From NCBI GenBank assembly GCA_050633305.1, contig JBOEGF010000010.1, positions 448,001-512,000 on the forward strand: a stretch of DNA of 64,000 nucleotides. The letters are read 5' to 3'. Position 1 is the stretch's first letter; the number at the start of each line of letters is the position of its first letter. The position numbers and the translations under genes are program-made. Below the pieces are notes generated by a model, which was not told the origin of the DNA, did no database searches, and was given only the letters and a program-made list of their open reading frames with translations. The DNA is from Nannocystales bacterium (GTDB lineage: Bacteria; Myxococcota_A; Polyangia; Nannocystales; Nannocystaceae). Of the stretch, positions 28,778 through 37,494 are shown in pieces.

Positions 28778-30268
28778 ATGACCCGCGTTTCGACTTCCTT
28801 GGCATTGGCTTTGTGTGCAGCGCTTCCGCTCGGTTGCGACGATTCGTCTCCGTCCGGCGAGGGAACGGATACAGAGGCGGGCTCGGAAGGGGGTGATACC
28901 GGGGGCACGCCGCAGACCACGGCAGGGAGCAAGGGTGGAGCCTCGACAAGTGAAGGAAGCACAACTTCGGCGACGTCCGCACCGGAAACCGATGGCGATG
29001 ATGCCGGAGCTGGCGAGGACACACAGACGGGTACGGACGCGGATACGGATGCTCCCGCACCCGAGTGCGACGCAGAGGATCCGGCCGTGACCTGCTACGA
29101 CGGTGACCCCGATACGCTCAACGTTGGGTCGTGTCAGGCCGGGACCCAAGCCTGCGAGGACGAGGTGTGGAGCGAATGCAATGAGCAAGTCCTTCCCGAG
29201 CGAGAGTCGTGCAACGGTGAAGATGACGACTGCGACGGCGAAACCGATGAAGGGTGCGAGTGCGTGCCGGACCAGACGGAGTCCTGCTACGAAGGTCCGG
29301 ACGACACCGAGGGCGTGGGGCAGTGCAGCGCCGGTGCCCTCGCGTGCGAAGATGGGACCTGGAGCGAGTGTTCGGGGCAGGTGGTACCCGACGTCGAGAC
29401 CTGCAACGGGTCGGACGACGACTGCGATGGTGACGTGGATGAAGGGTGCGACTGCTTGCCCGGCGAGACCCAGAGCTGCTACCCGGGGCCGGCGGGGACA
29501 CTGAATGTGGGGGCTTGCGGTGGTGGCGAGCAAACCTGCAACGGCTCAGGGGCGTGGGGACCGTGCCTGGGGTCGGTGGTTCCCGAGCCTGAGTCGTGCA
29601 ACGGATCGGACGACGACTGCGATGGTGTCGCCGATGAACTCGATGAGGCGGCGACGTGCGACACCGGGCAAGACGGGTTGTGCGGAGCGGGCGTGCAAGC
29701 GTGTTCGGGTGGTGGCCTGGTCTGCGAAGCTGTCGTGACTCCGGAGGTCGAAACCTGCGACGGGGAGGACAACGACTGCGACGGCGCGACTGATGAGGAC
29801 TTGGTCGACGACCCGATCCTGCTCGAGGGGGAACTCTCGGGCGACTGGTCCGGCAGCGTTCTCGTGGGAAGCTACCCTGGGCAGTCGTCGGGGTTCGTAC
29901 CGGCTCGTCTGGATAGCTTTGACGACGTGGATTGGTTCTCCGTGTTCGCGGAGGAGCAAGTGATCGACCTCTTTGGCGACACACCGGTTACGGGAACCGT
30001 GTCGATTCAGTCTCCGGGCGCCGGTTTTTCGTACCGGGTCTGCGCGTGCTGGTCGACGGCCACCACGCTGTGTGGAAAAAACGCTTCGGGGGGCGCGGCG
30101 AGCTGCGCGACGGCAAACAACGGCGCGTCGGCCCAGGTCAGCGTGGACATGTCGATGATCCAAGGCACCACGGACGTGGGCTACCTCGATGTACAGGTGT
30201 TCGCGACGGCCGGGAGCGAGACCGGGTGCGAGGTCTACGACGTGCAGTGGTCGGTGAACGAGAGCTGA
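28778..30268 (+). CDS. Lipoprotein with MopE-type putative metal-binding repeats
   Basis: Lipobox LPLGC; four E[ST]C[ND]GxD[DN]DCDGxxDE repeats. Confidence 0.88.
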   Translation: MTRVSTSLALALCAALPLGCDDSSPSGEGTDTEAGSEGGDTGGTPQTTAGSKGGASTSEGSTTSATSAPETDGDDAGAGEDTQTGTDADTDAPAPECDAEDPAVTCYDGDPDTLNVGSCQAGTQACEDEVWSECNEQVLPERESCNGEDDDCDGETDEGCECVPDQTESCYEGPDDTEGVGQCSAGALACEDGTWSECSGQVVPDVETCNGSDDDCDGDVDEGCDCLPGETQSCYPGPAGTLNVGACGGGEQTCNGSGAWGPCLGSVVPEPESCNGSDDDCDGVADELDEAATCDTGQDGLCGAGVQACSGGGLVCEAVVTPEVETCDGEDNDCDGATDEDLVDDPILLEGELSGDWSGSVLVGSYPGQSSGFVPARLDSFDDVDWFSVFAEEQVIDLFGDTPVTGTVSIQSPGAGFSYRVCACWSTATTLCGKNASGGAASCATANNGASAQVSVDMSMIQGTTDVGYLDVQVFATAGSETGCEVYDVQWSVNES

Positions 30269-30272
30269 CAAC

Positions 30273-30518
30273 TCAGATCGCCAGCGCGACCCGCAAGCGA
30301 GACGTGTCGAGAGCCGCCCCATCCAGGGTGGTTGCGGCGGTTCGCGCTTCCTCCGGATCGCCGAAGGTGACGTAGCCAAAGCCGCGGTGCGGCCCGTCTC
30401 CATCGCCGCCGACGACTCGGACCGACTCTACACTCGCGTATTGCTCGAACAAGCCGCGAAGCGAGTCGGCATCTGCGCTCATGGGTAGTCCGCCGACGTA
30501 CAGGGTGCTCATCTGCAC
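30273..30518 (-). CDS. Minimal RRM RNA-binding protein
   Basis: LYVGGLP and RGFGYVTF. Confidence 0.88.
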   Translation of the reverse strand: MQMSTLYVGGLPMSADADSLRGLFEQYASVESVRVVGGDGDGPHRGFGYVTFGDPEEARTAATTLDGAALDTSRLRVALAI

Positions 30519-30823
30519 ATCCTCTCCGACACTCTATCCCCCGGAGATCGGGGGCGCCAGGGGTTTTGTACCCGCGCGCAGCCCGCTCTCGGAGACCTCC
30601 TGCGGGAGCGGGTTCGAGACTCGCTTGGACTGCTAGGGACAGGGTGCCGCGTCGCACGCGTGGCATATGCACCGGGCCTAGACGTTGAACGGACGGGCGC
30701 CATCCGGCGAGACAACTGCGGTGGTCCTGCGAAGTCCGTGGGCTGGCATTCATCGCGGGCCGCGGAGTTGTCGTCGGTGCAGTTGAACCCCGCGAACGGA
30801 AGCGGGGGTCTCGGACCGCCCGG

Positions 30824-31450
30824 CTACGCGTTGGTCTGCGCGGCTTTGCGAGCCTTGGCGTCGGCCATCAAGCTCTTGATGTTGCTGATGTGCCGGAACC
30901 AGATCAGGGCACACGACGCCACGGCGGTGGCGACGTAGGCGGTTGGTTTGTCGGCGATCAACATGCACAGACAAATCGAGCTGACGGCGGTCAACGAACC
31001 CACTGCGCTGGTCCGGGTGAGAACCAGACCCTGCACGTACATGAACATTGCAGCGAACGCGACGGGTGGGTCGAGGGCCAGGAAAATACCGAGCCCACAC
31101 GCAACACCCTTGCCGCCGCGGAACCGGAGGTAGACCGGGAAGATGTGGCCGACCACGGCCATGAGTGCGACGCCCGCCAGGGGCCAGCTGGGATCGTCGA
31201 GCTGTCCGAGGGCCCACGACGATGAGGCGAGCCAGACGGGGGCGGCCGCTTTGAGCACGTCGAGCGCGAACACGACGAGCCCGAGCTTGGTGCCCAGCGC
31301 TCGTGCGGCGTTGGTCGCCCCGATGTTTCCCGAGCCGATCTTTCGCAGGTCGATGCCCTTCGCCCGCGCGAGCACGACCCCAACCGGGATCGCGCCCATG
31401 AGGTAGGCGACAACCCACCACGCGGGTGCGCTTTGAAGGAGGTCCGGCAC
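30824..31450 (-). CDS. plsY: Glycerol-3-phosphate acyltransferase PlsY
   Basis: GSGNIGATNAAR, DVLK, GHIFPVYLRFRGGKGVA, RHISNI. Confidence 0.96.
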   Translation of the reverse strand: MPDLLQSAPAWWVVAYLMGAIPVGVVLARAKGIDLRKIGSGNIGATNAARALGTKLGLVVFALDVLKAAAPVWLASSSWALGQLDDPSWPLAGVALMAVVGHIFPVYLRFRGGKGVACGLGIFLALDPPVAFAAMFMYVQGLVLTRTSAVGSLTAVSSICLCMLIADKPTAYVATAVASCALIWFRHISNIKSLMADAKARKAAQTNA

Positions 31451-31470
31451 GAGTCCGGTGAGGATAGGCG

Positions 31471-32973
31471 CTAACCGGTCACATCACCGCGGGCTGGCTC
31501 ACTGGGGCGGGCGATCTCCCCGAGCGCGTGGCGGAGGCGGAGGTCCTGCTCCCGCACGGCGATGTGGGCTTCGATGGAGCGAAGTTCGGCTTCGACCCGC
31601 AAGGACTCGGCTTCGAGCATGTCGACCACGCCGACCGCTCCCACCCGATAACGGGCTGAAACCTGCTCGTACGCCGCTTCTGCGCTCTTTAGACCGACCT
31701 GACTCAGCCCGACCGAGCGACGCGCGGCCTGGAGTTGATGGACTGCTTGCACCACTTGGAGCCGGACGCCGCGCTGGAGCTGGGCGAGCTGAGCGGCGAC
31801 GGCCCGTCGCTGCGCTCGTTGCGTGCGAATCTTGGACCGGGTCGCGATCGCGCCCCGAACATCGTAGCTGAGGCGGGCTCCCGCGGCCCACGTGGTGTCG
31901 AACTGGTCGCGCTGCGGCACGACGCGCTGGTTGGGGTTGGCGGTATCGAGCTGAACAACGAGGTCGAGACGGGGGGCGTAGCGGGTTCGCGAGACCTTGA
32001 TCTGCTCTCGAAGCGACGCGTCGCTGGCTTGCAGGAGCTGGAGCTCGAGCCGGCGTCCGAGGGCTTGTTCCACCAGGGCGGTGGTGCCCTCGCGCTTGCG
32101 GTCGGCGGCGAAGGTGGCGGTGATGTCCTCGCCGAGGCTGAGGGTGGTGGGGTCGGCCGCGATGCGGGCCCCGAGGTCCTCAGCGGCGATGAACACGAAC
32201 GCCTCCGCTTCCGCGATACTGCGCTGCGCTGCGGCGAGCTGGGCCTGGAGCCGAAGCACATCGGTCTGTGTGATCGAGCCCGCGCGAAGGCGTGCAGTGG
32301 CTTCGTCGATGCGTTTTCCGACGCGAGCCGCGGAGCGGTCCGCGAGCTCGAGGTTGGCCTGCGCTCGAACCCAGTTGTAGTAGGTGATCTGGGCGTCGAC
32401 GGTGGAGTCCACCCGGGCAATGTCGCGGGCCAGTTCCGCGGCTCGCTCTCCGTGGCGCGCGGCGGCGACGGCGTGCGGAATGGTGAAGATGTCATCCGAG
32501 ACCGGAACCCCAACCGAGGCCGAGAGTGCGTAGGTGTCCTGAATGGCGGCGAACTGAAACGACTGCGAGACCGCGGGAACACCTTGGGAGTCCACGACGC
32601 AGCCGGTGGTGCCGTCGGGGCAGGCCCCGACCGCGAGTGGTCCTGGGTTGAGGGTCCCGGTGAGGGCGCCCGAGCTGCCGCCACCGGGGAGCGGGCTCAG
32701 CCGCATGTACTGCGCAGAGAGGTCGAGCGCTGGAATGTAGCCGGCGCGGGCTTCGTCGACCCGGGCGGCCGCTGCCTCGAGCTCTGCTGCACGAAGTTCA
32801 ACGTCGGGGGCGTCGAGCAGCGCTCGTTGAGCCACACGATCCGCGGTCAGGCCCCCGTCGGTGGGGTGCAGCACCGAGGACACGGTGTCGAGGGGAGCTG
32901 CGAGATCGTCGGGACGCGCCTGCGAAGGGGATGGTGGGGCCACCAGGACCAGAGCGAGCAGTGCGGCGATCAT
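31471..32973 (-). CDS. TolC family outer-membrane efflux protein
   Basis: Signal peptide, two OEP repeats (YIPALDLSA, YAPRLDL, RYRVGAVGVVDML); overlaps the RND gene. Confidence 0.88.
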   Translation of the reverse strand: MIAALLALVLVAPPSPSQARPDDLAAPLDTVSSVLHPTDGGLTADRVAQRALLDAPDVELRAAELEAAAARVDEARAGYIPALDLSAQYMRLSPLPGGGSSGALTGTLNPGPLAVGACPDGTTGCVVDSQGVPAVSQSFQFAAIQDTYALSASVGVPVSDDIFTIPHAVAAARHGERAAELARDIARVDSTVDAQITYYNWVRAQANLELADRSAARVGKRIDEATARLRAGSITQTDVLRLQAQLAAAQRSIAEAEAFVFIAAEDLGARIAADPTTLSLGEDITATFAADRKREGTTALVEQALGRRLELQLLQASDASLREQIKVSRTRYAPRLDLVVQLDTANPNQRVVPQRDQFDTTWAAGARLSYDVRGAIATRSKIRTQRAQRRAVAAQLAQLQRGVRLQVVQAVHQLQAARRSVGLSQVGLKSAEAAYEQVSARYRVGAVGVVDMLEAESLRVEAELRSIEAHIAVREQDLRLRHALGEIARPSEPARGDVTG

Positions 32974-35900
32974 TGGGCTTGTGCCTCCTGTTTGACGTAC
33001 GCGGCCGAGCGGCGAAACAGGACCTTGTACAAAGCGGGGACGACGATGAGCGTGAGAGCGGTCGACGCAGCGAGTCCGCTGATCATGGCCCACGCCAACG
33101 GTGGCCACAGGGAGGTGGCCGACAGCGCGAGCGGCATGAGGCCCGCGATGGTGGTGATCGTGGTGAGCAGGATTGGACGTGCCCGCTTGCGCACCGCATC
33201 GACGAGAGCCTCGTCGAGGCTCGCCCCCTCGTGTCGTCGACGTTCGACAACATCGACCATCACGATGGCGTTGTTGACGACGATACCGACCAGCGCGATC
33301 ACGCCAAGCAGCGACATGAACCCAAAGGGCTGACCTCCAAGGATGAGGCCCGGGATGACGCCCGCAGCAGCGAGAGGAACGGTGGTCATCACAATGCCCA
33401 CCCGGCGGAACGAGTTGAACTCGATCATCAGGAAGCCGATGAGCATCAAGACTCCCAGCGGAAGCGTCTGTAGGAGTGCCGTGTTGGCCTCGTTACTGCC
33501 CTCGTTCTCGCCGCCCACCTCGAGCGTCACGCCCTCGGGCAAGGTCGTGCCCTCGAGCTTTTTCAGCAGCTCGGCCACGATCGCCGCAGAGGTGAAGTTG
33601 GCTTCGACTCCCGAAAGGACGGAGACCTTGCGTTCGCCTTTGTAGTGATAGATCGCCGCGGGTCGCCAGATGACGGAGGTCTGCGCGATCTGAGCCAAGG
33701 GGACCGAAGATGCGGCATCGGGACCGACTTCGAGGGCAGGCAGACCGTCGACCGGGGTGTTCTCGCCTTGCGGTGAGCGAACCATGATGGGGACGGGGTC
33801 CTCGCCGCCGCGGTATTGACCGACGTTGAGTCCGTAGGTGTGGCCTCGCAGGGCGTGTGCAACGTCCATTCGGGTCACGCCGTGGCGTGCGGCCGCTGCA
33901 TCGTCCACGTCGACCTCGATGTTGGGCACACCGAGACCGCCATCGTCCCGAACATCGACAGAGCCGTCGATCGTCCGCAGCTCGCCCATCACGAGTTCGG
34001 CGGCCTGACGAAGCTGACCGAAGTCATCCCCGGTCAGTCGCAGCTCGACGGGGGCGGGCAGTCCTGGGCCTTGTTCCAGTCCGCGTGCGACGACCTGCAC
34101 CTGGGGCATGTCTTCGGCCGCAAACGCACGCACGTGCTCGATGAGCGCCTGGTTCTCCTGCTTGCTCGTGGTGTTGACGACCAGCTGCGCGAAGTGAGGC
34201 GCCCGCGGGATGGTGCTGAGGTTGTAGTAGAAGTGCGGGGCCGATCGCCCGACGAACGCAACGACACTGTGCACGTTGTCTTGGTCCGAGAGGTTGGCCT
34301 CCAGCGCCTGTGCGTAGCTGTCGATCTCGTCGAGGTGCGAGCCCTCGGGCAACTTGAGGTCGATGAGGACCTGGTTGCGGTCCGACGCGGGGAAGAAGCG
34401 CTGCTCGACCATGCCGATCGAGCCAAAGCTTGCCGCGACGACGCCCAGCGCGAGTGCGATGACGATCAGGGGACGACGAATCGAGATGCGACCGACGGTC
34501 CCGGAGACGCGCTCCAGCAACGACTCCTTGCGTACCGCCTTACGCTGCCGCAGCAGCCAGTTTGAAAGCACGGGTGTCACCAGCACCGCGTAGGCGTAGC
34601 TGATGCCCAGCGTCAGCATGATGAGGATGGGGATGGCGCGGGTGAACTCACCGACGCCGCCCTCGGCCAGCAGCATGGGAACAAACGCGGCCATCGTGGT
34701 GCCGGTGGCGGCGCCCAGAGGAAGAGCGAGTTCACGGACCGAGCCCGCCGCCGCGCGCAGCGGCGGTATCCCCTCGTCGATTCGGCCTTGCACGTGCTCT
34801 GCGACGACGATTGCGTTGTCGACGAGCATGCCCAGCGCGATCACCAGCGCGGCGATCGACATCTGGTGAAGCATGCCGCCGGCTGCGGCGTAGAGCGCGA
34901 GCGCGGCGAAGGCCACCAGCGGGATGACGGCGGAGACGACAAGCCCCATCCGGACGCCCATCGCGACACACAGCACCACGGCAACGACGCCGATACCCAT
35001 CAGCAGTGACGTGCCGAGCCCGGCGATGCGAGCCTCGACGCGTTCGGGCTGGAAGATGAGTTCTTCGAGTTGGACCTGGGGGTATCGAGCGCGCAGGCCA
35101 TCTGCCGTCTCGCGCATCGTCTCTCCGAAGTCCACGAGGTTGATGCCCTCTCGTGGCACGACTGCGACCGCCACTGCGGGGACGCCGTCGTGGCGAACGC
35201 GGTCGATCCGTGGGTCAGCCTCGCCAAAGCGGACATCCGCAATTTCATCGAGCGGGACCGTGACCCCGGTGGGCAACACGATCGCGGTCGAGCGCAGCTC
35301 TTGGAGGCTACGGAACTCGGTTCCCGGGCGTAGCGAGGCCATCTTGTCGCCCACACGCACCGCGCCCCCGGGAACCCCGGCGTTGCGGGCATACAGTTGG
35401 TCTCGCAGGAAGACCGGGGTGAGGCCGTATCGGTGCGCCGCGGCGTCGTCGAGCTCGATGGTGAGCTGTTGACCCGGGTCGGCGATCAGCTCGACCTTGG
35501 CGACGTTGGGCGCGGAGAGCAGGTCGTCTTTGATGTCTTGCGCCGCCTGGTGAAGCGTTCCCGAATCTCCAGGTCCGGTGATCGCCCACACGACCGAGGT
35601 TTGGTCCGCGATGCCGCGGTCGAGCACCGCGTCTCCGGCGCCCTCGGGAAACTCTTGCTGCGCCGCTTCGAGAGCGTCTTCGACGTCCTTCCAGGCGTCA
35701 TCGAGGGCGTCGGCGTCGACGCTGTCGCGGAAGACCAACTGCACGCTGCCAAACCCGGCGCGAGCGGTGCCGAAGGTCCGGCGCAGCTCGTCGACTTCGG
35801 CCAGGTGTTCCTCGAGGGGATCGATGATGAGGCTCTCGACCTTCTCGGCGTCGGCGCCCGCAAACTCGACGGACACCAGTGCCCACCGAACGGTCATGTC

Positions 35901-36014
35901 GGGGTCCTCTTGGCGCGGCATGGTCAGCCACGCGAACAGCCCGACCGCCGCCAGAAGGCCTGCGGCGGTCATGATCAGCCGGGACTGGCCCAGCATCTTC
36001 ATGATGGCGTTCAT
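32970..36014 (-). CDS. RND efflux permease (AcrB/AcrD/AcrF family)
   Basis: 1014 aa; PRQEDP, ALGMLVDNAIVV, GIVVNNAIV, RARPILLT. Confidence 0.95.
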   Translation of the reverse strand: MNAIMKMLGQSRLIMTAAGLLAAVGLFAWLTMPRQEDPDMTVRWALVSVEFAGADAEKVESLIIDPLEEHLAEVDELRRTFGTARAGFGSVQLVFRDSVDADALDDAWKDVEDALEAAQQEFPEGAGDAVLDRGIADQTSVVWAITGPGDSGTLHQAAQDIKDDLLSAPNVAKVELIADPGQQLTIELDDAAAHRYGLTPVFLRDQLYARNAGVPGGAVRVGDKMASLRPGTEFRSLQELRSTAIVLPTGVTVPLDEIADVRFGEADPRIDRVRHDGVPAVAVAVVPREGINLVDFGETMRETADGLRARYPQVQLEELIFQPERVEARIAGLGTSLLMGIGVVAVVLCVAMGVRMGLVVSAVIPLVAFAALALYAAAGGMLHQMSIAALVIALGMLVDNAIVVAEHVQGRIDEGIPPLRAAAGSVRELALPLGAATGTTMAAFVPMLLAEGGVGEFTRAIPILIMLTLGISYAYAVLVTPVLSNWLLRQRKAVRKESLLERVSGTVGRISIRRPLIVIALALGVVAASFGSIGMVEQRFFPASDRNQVLIDLKLPEGSHLDEIDSYAQALEANLSDQDNVHSVVAFVGRSAPHFYYNLSTIPRAPHFAQLVVNTTSKQENQALIEHVRAFAAEDMPQVQVVARGLEQGPGLPAPVELRLTGDDFGQLRQAAELVMGELRTIDGSVDVRDDGGLGVPNIEVDVDDAAAARHGVTRMDVAHALRGHTYGLNVGQYRGGEDPVPIMVRSPQGENTPVDGLPALEVGPDAASSVPLAQIAQTSVIWRPAAIYHYKGERKVSVLSGVEANFTSAAIVAELLKKLEGTTLPEGVTLEVGGENEGSNEANTALLQTLPLGVLMLIGFLMIEFNSFRRVGIVMTTVPLAAAGVIPGLILGGQPFGFMSLLGVIALVGIVVNNAIVMVDVVERRRHEGASLDEALVDAVRKRARPILLTTITTIAGLMPLALSATSLWPPLAWAMISGLAASTALTLIVVPALYKVLFRRSAAYVKQEAQAQ

Positions 36015-37099
36015 CGTTGCACCTGGACCGTTTGCCCGGGGACGAGTCCGAAATGACCGGCGCTGACGACCTGCTCGCCGGCGGTCAGCCCCTGCGTGAC
36101 CAGAGCGTCCACGCCCAGCAGCTGGGAGACCTCGACGGAGCGGCGCTGCGCGAGTCCGGCGTCGTCGATGACAAACACGGTCGTCTGACCGCCTCCTGCA
36201 TCGACGACGGATGACACCGGGACTGTGACCCCGGACTGGCCTTGTCGGGAGAGCACGAAGTCCGCCGTCATCCCCGGGATGAGGTCGGCGTCAGAGGGCA
36301 GCGCGACGACGACCGGAAAGAGGCGGCCCGCCCCTTCGCCCCCATGCCCGATCGATTCGATGCGTCCGGTGATGCGTTCTCCCTTCTGCAGCGGGAGGGT
36401 GAGCTGGGCGGTGTCGCCGACCCCGATGTCGGCGAGGACGGTCTCGGGCACCTGGACCTCGACCTCGAGCGCGTCCCCGTTGATCTGGACGACGGACTGT
36501 CCGGCCCCGACGAACTCGCCCGGCTCGGCGTTGACCCGAACGACCGTGCCCGTGAACGGGCTACGGATGATGCCGTCCCGGTGCACGCGGTTCGCCTCGT
36601 CGAGCTCGACTTGGGCGGCATCGCGGGAGACGGAGTACATGGAGACCGCGTGGGCGGCGGATTCGAGCTCCGCTTGTGATGCGGCTCGGTCGGCTGCGAG
36701 CTGGTCGGCGCGCGTGTGGTCTCGTTTCCCCTGCGCGAGTTGCTCGCGCGCCTGCCGAATGCCGGCCTTGGCGCGCGCGATGCGGTTGGAGGCCCCACGG
36801 CGGTCGAGGGCGGCGATCACGGCCCCCGCTTCGACCCGGTCACCGACCTCGACCCAGCGTTTCTGGACCCGGCCTGGCCCGGTGAACGAAAGCTTGGCCG
36901 CGCGCTTCGCTCGGACCACCCCGGAGAACCGAAGCTCGTGTGCGGTCTCGGACGCGGTGGCTTGCGACACGACCACGCTCTTCTGCGTCTTCTCGGGGCT
37001 CTCCGCGACGGCCGCATCGGACGACGGCATCAAGGGAAACGCGAGCGCACCGGCCACGGCGACCAGGGCGAGAACTCCAAGCGGCTTGCGGGGATTCAT
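36011..37099 (-). CDS. RND periplasmic adaptor (membrane fusion protein)
   Basis: GRV...VEVGDRVEAG..IA, IRSPFTGTV, LIPGMTA. Confidence 0.93.
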   Translation of the reverse strand: MNPRKPLGVLALVAVAGALAFPLMPSSDAAVAESPEKTQKSVVVSQATASETAHELRFSGVVRAKRAAKLSFTGPGRVQKRWVEVGDRVEAGAVIAALDRRGASNRIARAKAGIRQAREQLAQGKRDHTRADQLAADRAASQAELESAAHAVSMYSVSRDAAQVELDEANRVHRDGIIRSPFTGTVVRVNAEPGEFVGAGQSVVQINGDALEVEVQVPETVLADIGVGDTAQLTLPLQKGERITGRIESIGHGGEGAGRLFPVVVALPSDADLIPGMTADFVLSRQGQSGVTVPVSSVVDAGGGQTTVFVIDDAGLAQRRSVEVSQLLGVDALVTQGLTAGEQVVSAGHFGLVPGQTVQVQR

Positions 37100-37146
37100 C
37101 AGGACCTCACGAGCAAGCTAGGTCTCGGACCGGGGAGGCGCTGTGG

Positions 37147-37226
37147 GTCGAACGGCGAATTTCGAGGCGAAACCGGCCGGTCGCACGCTGATCCGCCCAA
37201 AATACGCCGTTTGGCGAACGGCGATT
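37147..37226. promoter_or_regulatory. Cluster of CGCCGTT/AACGGCG boxes in a divergent promoter region
   Basis: AACGGCG at 37151-37157; palindrome CGCCGTT-N5-AACGGCG at 37205-37223. Confidence 0.5.
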
Positions 37227-37257
37227 CGCCGGGGCCGCTCGTAGGATCGGTGGGGCA

Positions 37258-37494
37258 ATGACGAGCGCTCCGGTCAGCGAAACTTCAGACGGCGCCGCGA
37301 CGTACCGAATCTGCGTGAAGGGGCACTTCGGCCGGGGATTGCGCGCGGCACTGGAGCCGCTCAAGGCGTGCGAGGTGCACGGCCGTACCGTATTCGAGGG
37401 ATTGGTACGCGATCAGGCCGCGTTGTATGGCCTGCTTCGGCGTCTCGAAGGCACCGGATGCACGCTACTGTCGGTGCTCAAGGTCGACGAGTGA
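37258..37494 (+). CDS. Small ACT-like hypothetical protein coupled to a MalT-like regulator
   Basis: YRICVKGH...[11 protein letters not shown]...G.TLLSV; GTGA overlap with the next gene. Confidence 0.8.
   Translation: MTSAPVSETSDGAATYRICVKGHFGRGLRAALEPLKACEVHGRTVFEGLVRDQAALYGLLRRLEGTGCTLLSVLKVDE

Noticed and set aside
29190..29800. Regularly spaced repeats resembling an array
   Set aside because: They are coding MopE-type peptide repeats with degenerate DNA, not CRISPR; no cas genes seen.
30519..30823. Possible ncRNA in a 300-bp gap with several GC hairpins
   Set aside because: No recognisable RNA family motif, and hairpins are expected at this GC content; it would need an Infernal scan.
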